Virus record (IMG/VR): IMGVR_UViG_3300036836_000011
Location: 1-46,719 of that record
Reading direction: 5' to 3' (one strand)
Source: a virus
Lineage: Duplodnaviria; Caudoviricetes
Length of the DNA: 46,719 bases
The notes beneath the pieces were generated by a model. It did no database searches and was not told the DNA's origin. It worked only from the letters and a program-made list of their open reading frames with translations. The translations under genes and the position numbers were made by a program. Positions 6,636-15,264 of this stretch are shown here, piece after piece (positions within the stretch are counted from its first letter, which is position 1; each line of letters starts with the position of its first letter).

Positions 6636-8632
6636 AGCAATTGGATGCTAAAATTGACGAAGCAATATCCAATGGCTCAAAGAGCATTCTGGCAACGTGT
6701 CCAACGGGTGGCGGAAAAACGCATCTGATCAGTCACAGAGCCAATAAAGCCAACGGTCCAACCGTTGACATCGCTCATCGGCAAGAGCTGGTCTATCAGA
6801 TCAGCATGGCGCTTGCACGCGATGATATCTGGCATCGCATCCTCGCGCCCGATGCTGTGTGCCGTTTCATCGTGCGCAAGCAGATCAAGGAATTCGGCCG
6901 CTCGCGAGTGCATCATTCCAGCCCGCACACGGTTGCCAGCGTTGACACGCTGCTGGCACGCCGCGACGACCTCGGGTCGTGGATCAATCAGGTGGCGCTC
7001 GCGCAGATCGATGAGGCGCACCACTGCCTTCCGGAAAACAAGTGGGGCCGCGCGCTCAAGCTGTTCCCGAATGCGCTGCGCATCGGCTGGACGGCCACAC
7101 CACAGCGGACGGACCGCGAGCCCCTGCGCGGTGTGTTCGATACCATGGTTGAGGGGCCGTCCGTTGCCGAGCTGCTGGCGCGCGGGTTCCTGTGCCGGTA
7201 TCGCGTCTATGGACCGCCACCCAGCATCGATGTTTCCGGCGTGCGGCTGAGCGCTTCGGGCGATTTCTCGCCGGCCGAGCTGCGCAAGGCCGCGCACAAA
7301 TCCACGATCACCGGGGATATGGTCAGCCATTACGGCAAGCTGACGCCTGGCGCTGTCGGCATTGGGTTCCTCGTGGATGTCGATCAGGCCAAGGAAACCT
7401 GCGAGCGCTTCAACTCGGCGGCCGGCGCGCCGCTGTCGGTGTGGATGTCGAGCCGGGAAACCGATGACACCACGCGCGTGGGCAACCTCGAAGCTCTGGC
7501 GCGTGGCGATCTGAAGATGATTTTCAACGTCGATCTGCTCGGTGAGGGTGTGGACGTGCCCCGCGTCGAGGTGATCCTCGACGGCGCGCCGACGGAGAGC
7601 CTGGGGCGCTATCTGCAGCGCTTCGGCCGGCTGCTGCGCACATTTCCGGGCAAGAGCGTCGGGCATTACGTGGACCTCGCAGGCAACGTGCTGCGCCACG
7701 GCCTGCCGGATACCCCGCGCGTCTGGACGCTCGATACCCCGGATAAGCGCAAGCGGCTGCCGAATGACGAGACCGCGCTCAAAGCGTGCCTGTCCTGCTT
7801 CGCGGTGTTCGAGCGCTACAAGCCGCGCTGTCCGGAATGCGGTTGGAAGCCCGAGCCGGCCGGCCGCTCGCTGCCCGAGATGGTGGACGGCGACCTTACC
7901 GAATACGACCCCGAGCTGATGGCGCGTCTGCGCGGCGAGGCCGACAAGATCATGCGCGCCGCGCCGCCGGGTGCAGCACCTTACGTGGTTGAGAACTGGA
8001 ATGCCCGTGCGGTCACACAAACCGAGCTGCGCAAGAGCATCGATCTGTGGGCAGCCACGGAAGCAAAGAATAACCGTGACTGGCCCGAGGTTTACCGGCT
8101 GTTTTTCCATCGGTTCGGCATCGACGTGGCGACAGCGCAGACGCTCGGGCGGCGGCAGGCAGCCGAGCTGATCACCAAGATTTGGGAGGATATCAACAAT
8201 CGCCTGCGCCCTAAGGGGCCGGTGCCAGCAATGGTGCCGGTTGATGATGTATTCGAGCGGGCCGAAGGACAGCGGGTTGGTATTCGTCCGAGTTGGTCAG
8301 AAGCTCGTCAACGTTGGATGGCACAACCCACCATTAACGGTAAACAAAAACCATATCGCTTCAAGACTAAGGAAGCATGTCAGGCCGCATGCGACTGGCT
8401 GAATGCTCATCCTAACGAGTATTTACCTGCTGAATTGGATGTAGATAGAGAACGAACACGTGGTGTTATTAGACATAAGGCAAAAATTTACCACAACGGT
8501 AAAACTGTCCACATCGGAAGCTTTAAAACACTCCATGAAAAACTAGCAGCAGAACAGGAATACAGAGAGAAACACGGATTACAGCCGAAACGATTTTTAA
8601 ACGTAAGCAAGAGATCAGAACATGCCCCGTGA
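6614..8632 (+). CDS. SF2 (DEAH) DNA helicase with Zn ribbon and C-terminal AP2-like extension
   Basis: LRDYQ, PTGGGKT, IDEAHH, TATPQR, GEGVDVP, QRFGRLLR, CLSC/CPEC. Confidence 0.92.
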   Translation: MALRDYQEQLDAKIDEAISNGSKSILATCPTGGGKTHLISHRANKANGPTVDIAHRQELVYQISMALARDDIWHRILAPDAVCRFIVRKQIKEFGRSRVHHSSPHTVASVDTLLARRDDLGSWINQVALAQIDEAHHCLPENKWGRALKLFPNALRIGWTATPQRTDREPLRGVFDTMVEGPSVAELLARGFLCRYRVYGPPPSIDVSGVRLSASGDFSPAELRKAAHKSTITGDMVSHYGKLTPGAVGIGFLVDVDQAKETCERFNSAAGAPLSVWMSSRETDDTTRVGNLEALARGDLKMIFNVDLLGEGVDVPRVEVILDGAPTESLGRYLQRFGRLLRTFPGKSVGHYVDLAGNVLRHGLPDTPRVWTLDTPDKRKRLPNDETALKACLSCFAVFERYKPRCPECGWKPEPAGRSLPEMVDGDLTEYDPELMARLRGEADKIMRAAPPGAAPYVVENWNARAVTQTELRKSIDLWAATEAKNNRDWPEVYRLFFHRFGIDVATAQTLGRRQAAELITKIWEDINNRLRPKGPVPAMVPVDDVFERAEGQRVGIRPSWSEARQRWMAQPTINGKQKPYRFKTKEACQAACDWLNAHPNEYLPAELDVDRERTRGVIRHKAKIYHNGKTVHIGSFKTLHEKLAAEQEYREKHGLQPKRFLNVSKRSEHAP

Positions 8633-8747
8633 AATAACCATTGAAGAAATACTCGCATCGATGACCGAAACCGAACGGGACACCTATCGGCGTGACGGTC
8701 GCAATCGCATGAAAACCATCAGATGGAAGGAACGCAAGGGTGTCTGA
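8622..8747 (+). CDS. Small hypothetical protein (41 aa)
   Basis: MPREITIEEILASMTETERDTYRRDGRNRMKTIRWKERKGV fills the gap and overlaps both neighbours. Confidence 0.45.
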   Translation: MPREITIEEILASMTETERDTYRRDGRNRMKTIRWKERKGV

Positions 8748-8964
8748 GCTGGATAATCGATCCGTCTGGATCGATTACACCAATCATCGCGGCGAGCGGC
8801 GCTGGCGCAAGATACAGCCACATCGGTTGATGTTCGCCGCGACCAAACATCATCCGTGGGCGCAATGGCTGCTCGTGGCCACGGACCTTGAGCATAACCA
8901 TGAGCGGTGGTTTGCTATGAAGGACATTCACCAGTGGCGGGAGGAAAAACCCAATGACCTATGA
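8740..8964 (+). CDS. Stand-alone WYL-domain protein
   Basis: IDYTNHRGERRWRKIQP..L.....HP..QWLLVATD.....ERWFAMKDI. Confidence 0.75.
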   Translation: MSELDNRSVWIDYTNHRGERRWRKIQPHRLMFAATKHHPWAQWLLVATDLEHNHERWFAMKDIHQWREEKPNDL

Positions 8965-9238
8965 AATCAAGCAGGCAGCCGCCGCAATCGACAACCGCCA
9001 GGCCGCCGTGGTCACCGTGGCGTTCGAAACCGCCGCGCTGCTGGTGGAGCGCTGGGGCCGCTTCGAGCTGGGCAAGTGCTCTGGGTGTGATCGTGTGGTC
9101 GGTGCCGTGCTCACCTGCGAGTGCGAACGGCCCGGTGCGCACTGGCAGCGCCTCAGCGTGACCGAGCTGGCGGACTATCTGCGCCGCGCCGCGCTTGAGG
9201 TTGTCGCCGGGAGGGAGGCCGATGCAAACCGAGACTGA
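8954..9238 (+). CDS. Hypothetical protein with Cys motif
   Basis: GGAGG SD; CSGC...CEC. Confidence 0.6.
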   Translation: MTYEIKQAAAAIDNRQAAVVTVAFETAALLVERWGRFELGKCSGCDRVVGAVLTCECERPGAHWQRLSVTELADYLRRAALEVVAGREADANRD

Positions 9239-9596
9239 CGTTCAGAACCTGTGCCGGCTCGCGATCCAGCGAGCCGGTGGCGTGGTCTGGCGAAACAATG
9301 TCGGCGCGATCCCGCGCGAGGACGGCGTGCCCGTGCGTTTCGGCCTGGCCAACGACAGCGCGCAGCTCAACCACGTGTTCAAGTCGAGCGACCTCATCGG
9401 CATGTGCCCGGGCGGCCGGTTTCTCGCGGTCGAGTGCAAGGAACCGCGCTGGCGGTGGAGCGGCACCGAGCGCGAGCTGGCGCAGTTTGCGTTCATCTGT
9501 TATGTGCGCCAGCGCGGCGGCCATGCCGGTTTCGCCCGCTGCCCCGAGGATGCCGTGTCGATCATGAACGGCGGAACGGGGGCGATCCATGGGTAG
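9222..9596 (+). CDS. VRR-NUC domain nuclease (Holliday-junction resolvase-like)
   Basis: E..VQ, WRNNVG, RFGLAN, SSDLIG, FLAVECK, GG.AGF. Confidence 0.85.
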   Translation: MQTETDVQNLCRLAIQRAGGVVWRNNVGAIPREDGVPVRFGLANDSAQLNHVFKSSDLIGMCPGGRFLAVECKEPRWRWSGTERELAQFAFICYVRQRGGHAGFARCPEDAVSIMNGGTGAIHG

Positions 9597-9840
9597 CCAT
9601 TACGATCAGCGCGCGCGTGAGGCGATGCTGCTCAGCGCCGCCGTGAATGTCGCCATGCGGATAGGTCTGGCACGCCTGACGCACGGCGATGTGGCCGACG
9701 CCTGCAATCCGCCGTGCTCGGTGATGACCGTGTACCGGTGGGCTGGCAACCGCTACGGCTTGCGCCGGAAAGTGATTGATCACGCTAGGGAATGTGGGTT
9801 GGTGAAGCTGCTTGCTGAGGCGCGAACCCTGCGATTATGA
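9589..9840 (+). CDS. TetR-like HTH protein
   Basis: R...LL.AA......G...LT...VA.......TVYRW. Confidence 0.65.
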   Translation: MGSHYDQRAREAMLLSAAVNVAMRIGLARLTHGDVADACNPPCSVMTVYRWAGNRYGLRRKVIDHARECGLVKLLAEARTLRL

Positions 9841-9936
9841 TCTGTTCCCCGGCCGGGCGGCAACCGGCCGGGGAAGCTATCGAGGGTGTCGCATTGCTGC
9901 GATGCTCATGTTCCACACATGCCTCAGAGGACAGCA

Positions 9937-12027
9937 ATGCTTACATCAAACGCATCTATTGCGTCAATGTTCCATGGTGCCCGTCTCCCGAGCGGGAATT
10001 TTTACCATTGCTGGTTTCCCTCGCCGAAACCGAACGGCAAAGTCGACAAAATCCCCTGTGACATCTTCGGCAACACCTGGGCACCAGGCGATCAGCCGCG
10101 CATCTGGTGGCCCGAGGCCGCCGTTGCCGCGTCGGCGCATCGCAAGGCGCTGCGCATCGAAGCCGGCTATTTCTTCGTCGACCTCGACAATGTGATCGAT
10201 CCCGTGACCGGCGGATGGCTGCCGGTGGTGGCCGAGGTGTGCGCGCTGTTCCCGGGCGCGTTCATGGAACGGTCACAGTCCGGGACGGGGCTGCACATCA
10301 TCGGGCGCGGCACGCCGCCGGCCGGGCATGGGTGCAAGTGGGAATATGGCGAGTTCTATTCGCAGGGGCGGTTCTGCGCGCTGACCGGCGCGGGGGCCAT
10401 GGGCGATGCGGATACGGATTGCAGCGCCGGGCTCGCGCTGTTCATCGAGCGCTATGGACTCACGCCTGGCGAGGCGGTCCCGGAGGAGCTGCCGGAGGGC
10501 CGCGAGGCGGCCTGGCAGGGGCCGGAGGACGACGACGCGCTCATCGCCCTGATCCGCGCCGACCGGCCGCACACGCCCGCGCAGCAGTTCTCGGGGACCG
10601 CCACGGCGGCGCATATCTGGGATATGGATGCCGAGGTGCTGGCGCGCACCTATCCGCCCCATGGCGGCGCTCGGGCCGATGGCCTGGGGTTCGATCACAG
10701 CACCGTTGATGCGGCGCTGATGTCCCATCTGAGCTATTTCACCGGGCGCGATATGCCCCGCATGAAACGGCTGTTCGAGCGCTGGCGAGGCTACCGGGCG
10801 TGGAAGTATACCCGGCGCGGCGGCTATCACATGGATAGGATCATCGCGCGCGGCGTGCGCAATCCGAGGGTGCTGGGTGGCCATCGGCAGGCGGTTGCCG
10901 AAAGTGTGGGGGCGGCCCCACCGACCGTGAGCGCGCCGCTGCCGGATCTGCGCATTGTCTGGGGAGATGAAATCCTCGCCACAGAGCCCGCGCCGCGCAA
11001 GTGGGTCATGGAACGCTGGTTACCCGACAATCAGGTGACGCTTTTCGGCGGTGATGGTGCGGCGGGTAAGAGTCTGCTGGCAATCCAGCTTGGCGCGGCG
11101 GTGGCGAGCGGTACCCCATTTTTCGGCATTCCGGTCACACAGGGGCGGGTGATCTATGTCAGCGCTGAAGATGAATTCGATGAGGTGCGTCGCCGTGTGC
11201 ATGATCTGCGCAAGAGCAACCCGTTCCTCAATCTGTCTGGGTTCGGTGTGGTCAACGTCGATGACGTGGCAGACCCGGCTATTTGGGCATATGGCGAAGA
11301 TGGTCGCACGCCTGCCCCAACAGCATGGATGGCCAAGCTTGAGCAATTCATCAGTGAAGCCAAACCGAAGCTCGTCATCCTTGATCCATTGGCTGACCTC
11401 TACGGCGGTGATGAGATCAAACGCAAGGAAGTGCGTGGGTTCATTTCAGCGTTGAGGCAATTGGCCAAGCGTTGTGACTGCGCCATTGTGTTGCTCGCGC
11501 ACCCAAGTGCCGAAGGAATGAAAACCAATCGCGGATATAGCGGTTCAACGGCGTGGAACAACAGTGTTCGTTCGCGTTGGTATCTCAGCATTGGTGAAAA
11601 CGGTGAGCGCAAACTGTCATTGGACAAAACCAATCGGTCACAGGCTGGTGAAGAGCTGCGATTGAAGTGGAGCAATGGCGTATACGCTCAAGTCAACTCA
11701 GCAGTTGAGGCTGAGCATGCACACGCTGTGCATGAGACATTCATTGAATTGCTCAAATGGCATGAGAAGGCCGATCAACGCGTTTCACCATCTTGCCAAG
11801 CTCAAAATTATTTCGGTAAGCTGTTTGTTGGGCATGAATTGAGCAGGGGATTCAGCGCTAAACAATTCAGTAAGGCTTACGTTGAATTGAAACAGAAGGG
11901 TATCGTTGATAGCGATCACATCGGCAGAAAGAAAGATGGGCGTCAATTCATTCAATTCACGATACAATATCTTCAAAATGAGACCGGGAGTCAGGCCGGG
12001 AGTCGGGCGGGAGTCGGCGGGAGTTAA
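9937..12027 (+). CDS. Primase-polymerase (AEP, NrS-1-like helical domain) fused to AAA_25/RepA-like helicase
   Basis: FVDLD, ERSQSGTGLH, EFYSQGRF; D.S..D.AL...L; GDGAAGKS, VILDP, LLAHP. Confidence 0.88.
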   Translation: MLTSNASIASMFHGARLPSGNFYHCWFPSPKPNGKVDKIPCDIFGNTWAPGDQPRIWWPEAAVAASAHRKALRIEAGYFFVDLDNVIDPVTGGWLPVVAEVCALFPGAFMERSQSGTGLHIIGRGTPPAGHGCKWEYGEFYSQGRFCALTGAGAMGDADTDCSAGLALFIERYGLTPGEAVPEELPEGREAAWQGPEDDDALIALIRADRPHTPAQQFSGTATAAHIWDMDAEVLARTYPPHGGARADGLGFDHSTVDAALMSHLSYFTGRDMPRMKRLFERWRGYRAWKYTRRGGYHMDRIIARGVRNPRVLGGHRQAVAESVGAAPPTVSAPLPDLRIVWGDEILATEPAPRKWVMERWLPDNQVTLFGGDGAAGKSLLAIQLGAAVASGTPFFGIPVTQGRVIYVSAEDEFDEVRRRVHDLRKSNPFLNLSGFGVVNVDDVADPAIWAYGEDGRTPAPTAWMAKLEQFISEAKPKLVILDPLADLYGGDEIKRKEVRGFISALRQLAKRCDCAIVLLAHPSAEGMKTNRGYSGSTAWNNSVRSRWYLSIGENGERKLSLDKTNRSQAGEELRLKWSNGVYAQVNSAVEAEHAHAVHETFIELLKWHEKADQRVSPSCQAQNYFGKLFVGHELSRGFSAKQFSKAYVELKQKGIVDSDHIGRKKDGRQFIQFTIQYLQNETGSQAGSRAGVGGS

Positions 12028-12113
12028 GGGTTGTGGGAGGGGGCGGGAGTTAGGCTATGGATCAGCCTACTCCCGCCCACCCCCCCCATTTTGACTCCCT
12101 GGGAGACTCCCAG
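11985..12113. repeat. CGGGAGT iteron-like repeats and hairpins (candidate origin)
   Basis: CGGGAGT at 11985, 11997, 12008, 12018, 12044; inverted ACTCCC at 12069, 12094, 12106. Confidence 0.6.
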
Positions 12114-12171
12114 ATTTGACATGGTGAGATGTTTGTGTGATCGTATCCCTAGAACCCTAAGAGGATACATC

Positions 12172-12447
12172 ATGAAGGCGAATGTTAATGTTTTAGCGTG
12201 TGGTGATTGGTTGATTTGGTGGCGCGGTGATTGGACACCATACCGGGATGGTAAATTGATCAATTTACGTGCGATGAACACAGCGGACAAAGGTAGACCG
12301 GGCAAAGGTAGACGCAATTTTTGGATCGGTTGGAACGGTCAGGCTGTTATGCGCAACAATGATGTTCTGACTTTGATCAAACGATATCCGGGTGAAATTG
12401 AGAAGATCGAAGCATTCTTGACTTGGGTGATGCCAAGACCAGTGTGA
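12172..12447 (+). CDS. Hypothetical protein
   Basis: AGAGGA SD before MKANVN; Trp-rich ORF in AT-rich segment. Confidence 0.55.
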   Translation: MKANVNVLACGDWLIWWRGDWTPYRDGKLINLRAMNTADKGRPGKGRRNFWIGWNGQAVMRNNDVLTLIKRYPGEIEKIEAFLTWVMPRPV

Positions 12448-12475
12448 TTGAACCAATGAAAGCGAGTAACCAACA

Positions 12476-12739
12476 ATGACGATCATCATTCAAGCAAACC
12501 CAGGTTTCTATTGGGTTGACGAGTGCGTTAAAAATCTAGAGGAGTTCAATTCATCCAAAGAGCCAATCATTGGTTGGATCATTGACAAAGCCAATGATTA
12601 CGATGCACCAATTCCAATTACGACATACGGTCAACGACGCGTTGGTGTGATCGTTGAACCGGATGGCAGTGTGAGGGATGGTCGTGAACGCGATGGCTGC
12701 TCACCGTCCGTTGAGGAATGGTTCAACTCCAATGGCTAA
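12476..12739 (+). CDS. Hypothetical protein
   Basis: IIQANPGF...EPIIGW..PIPIT...VEPDG.V pattern; overlaps next gene. Confidence 0.6.
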   Translation: MTIIIQANPGFYWVDECVKNLEEFNSSKEPIIGWIIDKANDYDAPIPITTYGQRRVGVIVEPDGSVRDGRERDGCSPSVEEWFNSNG

Positions 12740-13277
12740 GCGCAAACCCAAGGCTGTCAGCGAACGTGAGGTGCTCGATACGGCACTTGCGCTCACAACA
12801 GCAATCGCAAAACCTGCAAGGAAGAAACCGGGTAATCCAAATCTCGGGAAAGAGGGTGAACCGTACCGTTGGAAGCCGGGTCAGAGTGGTAATCCCGCTG
12901 GTAGACCTAGATCATCCATTGAGATGAAACAGAAGGCGGCGGCGTATACCGACCTTGCACTCGAAGTCAAGGCCATGACGCTCATGGTTGCCAGGATACG
13001 CCTTCAGAAAGCTTTGGATATACTCACCGACCCGAATAATGTACCCACTGTCGAGGATATTGAGCTTTGCAGCCAGGCTATCGACACCGCTGCGCTCGGC
13101 GCTGCTGTGGCGATCCTCGACCGGGGCCATGGCCGGCCACAGCAGAAAGTCGAGCACGACCTCACTTCAGTGTTTGACCAGATGACCGATGATGAAGTAG
13201 AACGCTATGTGCTCGAAAAGGCGGGGGCATTGGTGACCGGAATGGTGGCCAGGAAGAAGGCGGCGGATGATGGCTAA
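12732..13277 (+). CDS. Putative terminase small subunit (DUF5681-like motif)
   Basis: WKPGQSGNPAGRP and AA.AILDRG.G+P.Q; upstream of TerL. Confidence 0.7.
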   Translation: MAKRKPKAVSEREVLDTALALTTAIAKPARKKPGNPNLGKEGEPYRWKPGQSGNPAGRPRSSIEMKQKAAAYTDLALEVKAMTLMVARIRLQKALDILTDPNNVPTVEDIELCSQAIDTAALGAAVAILDRGHGRPQQKVEHDLTSVFDQMTDDEVERYVLEKAGALVTGMVARKKAADDG

Positions 13278-13764
13278 GGGCGGGGATGATCAGCGCGAGC
13301 TGACCGATTGCGAATCGGCTAAGGCGGCGGTGATGACCGCGCAACTCAGGGTGAAGGAAGCCGAGCAGGCCTATGCGCTGGCACGTCGCCAAGCCGGCAA
13401 GGCCAAGCTCGAACTGGACCGAGCCCGCGATGCCGAGCGTCAAGCCGCGCAACGTGTTGCGCTTCTGCAGGAAGCCGAACTTGCTGCTGCAGGTGTGAAC
13501 GCACCTCTGCCGCTCCCGTCGCCAGGGTGCATCATCAGCGGCACCGTGCGGATGGATGGCGATACCACGTTTCGCACCCATGATCCCCATGTGATCCATT
13601 GGGCCGGATGCTCTGGATGCGATGCTCATCGCGGTATCGCGAGCCCCGTGGGGCCGATCAAGCACTATCGCCGCGATCCTGACGACCCTGCGAAGCACCG
13701 GGTATGCATGCTGCACCCGAGCGGCCTGCTGGTACCGCTCGATACGGCGGAGACCTCGGCATGA
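13267..13764 (+). CDS. Hypothetical coiled-coil / Cys-His protein
   Basis: Coupled ORF between terS and the Ntn-hydrolase gene. Confidence 0.55.
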   Translation: MMAKGGDDQRELTDCESAKAAVMTAQLRVKEAEQAYALARRQAGKAKLELDRARDAERQAAQRVALLQEAELAAAGVNAPLPLPSPGCIISGTVRMDGDTTFRTHDPHVIHWAGCSGCDAHRGIASPVGPIKHYRRDPDDPAKHRVCMLHPSGLLVPLDTAETSA

Positions 13765-14876
13765 CCACGATAGCCTGGGATGGACGTTTCCTCGCCGCCG
13801 ACACGCTCGCGTGCTCCGGCGGCTATCGCATTCCCAAGCATGCCGATAAGCTCGCGCTGGGGGATGGATGGGCCTATGGCTGCTGCGGGCGTCTGGTGCT
13901 GCTGCAGGCCTGGGTGGACTGGCATCGGGAAGGTGCACGTTACCACCATGCCCCGGCCCGCACAGACGGTCAGGACGCGTTTGTGGCGGTGCAGCGGCGG
14001 TCCTCTGGTCATCCGCCATATGTCGAGTTCTTCACGGGCGATATGCCTTACCCGAGCCCCGTGGCCGCCCCTGACGCCTGGGGAACCGGCAGCACCTACG
14101 CCATAGGGGCTATGCTGTTCGGCGCGGCCGCGCCGGCTGCCGTGGCCGTGGCGATCCAGGCTGACCCGAACAGCGGTGGTGTCGTGCGATACATCGACAC
14201 CCAGCGCGATGAATGGATCATCGAGGAGTGGAACCCCGAGCATTTCCTCACCCTGCGTCCCGAGATGCGGCCCGGTTGGAACTGGCCGTTCATGCTCGAC
14301 GCTGGTGAGCGCGAGATGCTGCGGGCACATGACGATGCTGTTGATGCGTTCGCGCGCGGAACCGGCATGGTGTTGCCTAAGCGTGAGGGGGAGCTTGATC
14401 CAAACGTTGCGCTTGAGCTGCCCCCGTCGATCATCACCGGCCCCATGCATCTCGTTGTGCCCAAGCCCGGCCCCGGTCCACAGGGATGGGCTGCCGAGGA
14501 ATGCAAAGGGCTGTTGGCCGATGGCACAGGGTGCGGTCAGTGCAAGCGCTGCAATCGCGAATGGCACGTGCTGCGCCGCCATGCCGAGCCAGTGACCGAT
14601 GTGAACGGTGCGATCACATCGCTGCGTGTCACCGAGGCAGCCAAGGCAACCGTTGCCCAAGACAGCCCGAGCACCAGCCTCGAAGACTGGGTTGAGCGCT
14701 GGAACACCGCGAGCCTGCAGCGCGATGGTCTGCGGCTGACCAAGCTGAACGCCGAGCTGCGCGGCATGGTGCTTGATCCCGGCGTGCAGATCGTCGAGGA
14801 ATACGACGATCTGCGCAGGGTGCGTCAGAAGCGCTTGGTGAGGGCAGCCGATGCCGCGCCGCCGAGTGTGGGTTGA
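13761..14876 (+). CDS. Ntn-hydrolase (HslV/proteasome beta-like) protein with C-terminal extension
   Basis: N-terminal MTTIAWDG..LAAD, Lys in ADKL, GTGS..A.GAM..G....AV.VA...DP.SGG. Confidence 0.75.
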   Translation: MTTIAWDGRFLAADTLACSGGYRIPKHADKLALGDGWAYGCCGRLVLLQAWVDWHREGARYHHAPARTDGQDAFVAVQRRSSGHPPYVEFFTGDMPYPSPVAAPDAWGTGSTYAIGAMLFGAAAPAAVAVAIQADPNSGGVVRYIDTQRDEWIIEEWNPEHFLTLRPEMRPGWNWPFMLDAGEREMLRAHDDAVDAFARGTGMVLPKREGELDPNVALELPPSIITGPMHLVVPKPGPGPQGWAAEECKGLLADGTGCGQCKRCNREWHVLRRHAEPVTDVNGAITSLRVTEAAKATVAQDSPSTSLEDWVERWNTASLQRDGLRLTKLNAELRGMVLDPGVQIVEEYDDLRRVRQKRLVRAADAAPPSVG

Positions 14877-15264
14877 GCGCCACGACTGGTCATGGCATGA
14901 GGCGCAGCTAGCCGACACCGAGGTAAACGGCCGGGTGTCGGTGGACGGCGGCCAGATTATCCCCCGATGGCGCTGGTTGCAGTGGCGACGCGAGACCATG
15001 GCGTCGCTTGACCGCGAGCCCGAGGCGTTCCGCCGGCTGGTGCACGAGCACAACCTGGCCCCGGCGCGCGAGATGCGCCGCCAGCTCGACCTCACCACCC
15101 GCGAGCGTTGCCCACATGGGCGATGGGTGGGCAACTGTCCCCAATGCCACTACCAGCGAGCCAAGGGCGCTCAGACGCGCGATGGCGGTGTGATCGAACG
15201 TCAGGATAGTCGGCGGGCCGCTGCGGTGCTAGAGCGGGCTCGGAGGCGTGACGATGCTGGCTGA
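14851..15264 (+). CDS. Hypothetical protein with CPHG...CPQC Zn motif
   Basis: ORF overlapping both neighbours. Confidence 0.5.
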   Translation: MPRRRVWVERHDWSWHEAQLADTEVNGRVSVDGGQIIPRWRWLQWRRETMASLDREPEAFRRLVHEHNLAPAREMRRQLDLTTRERCPHGRWVGNCPQCHYQRAKGAQTRDGGVIERQDSRRAAAVLERARRRDDAG

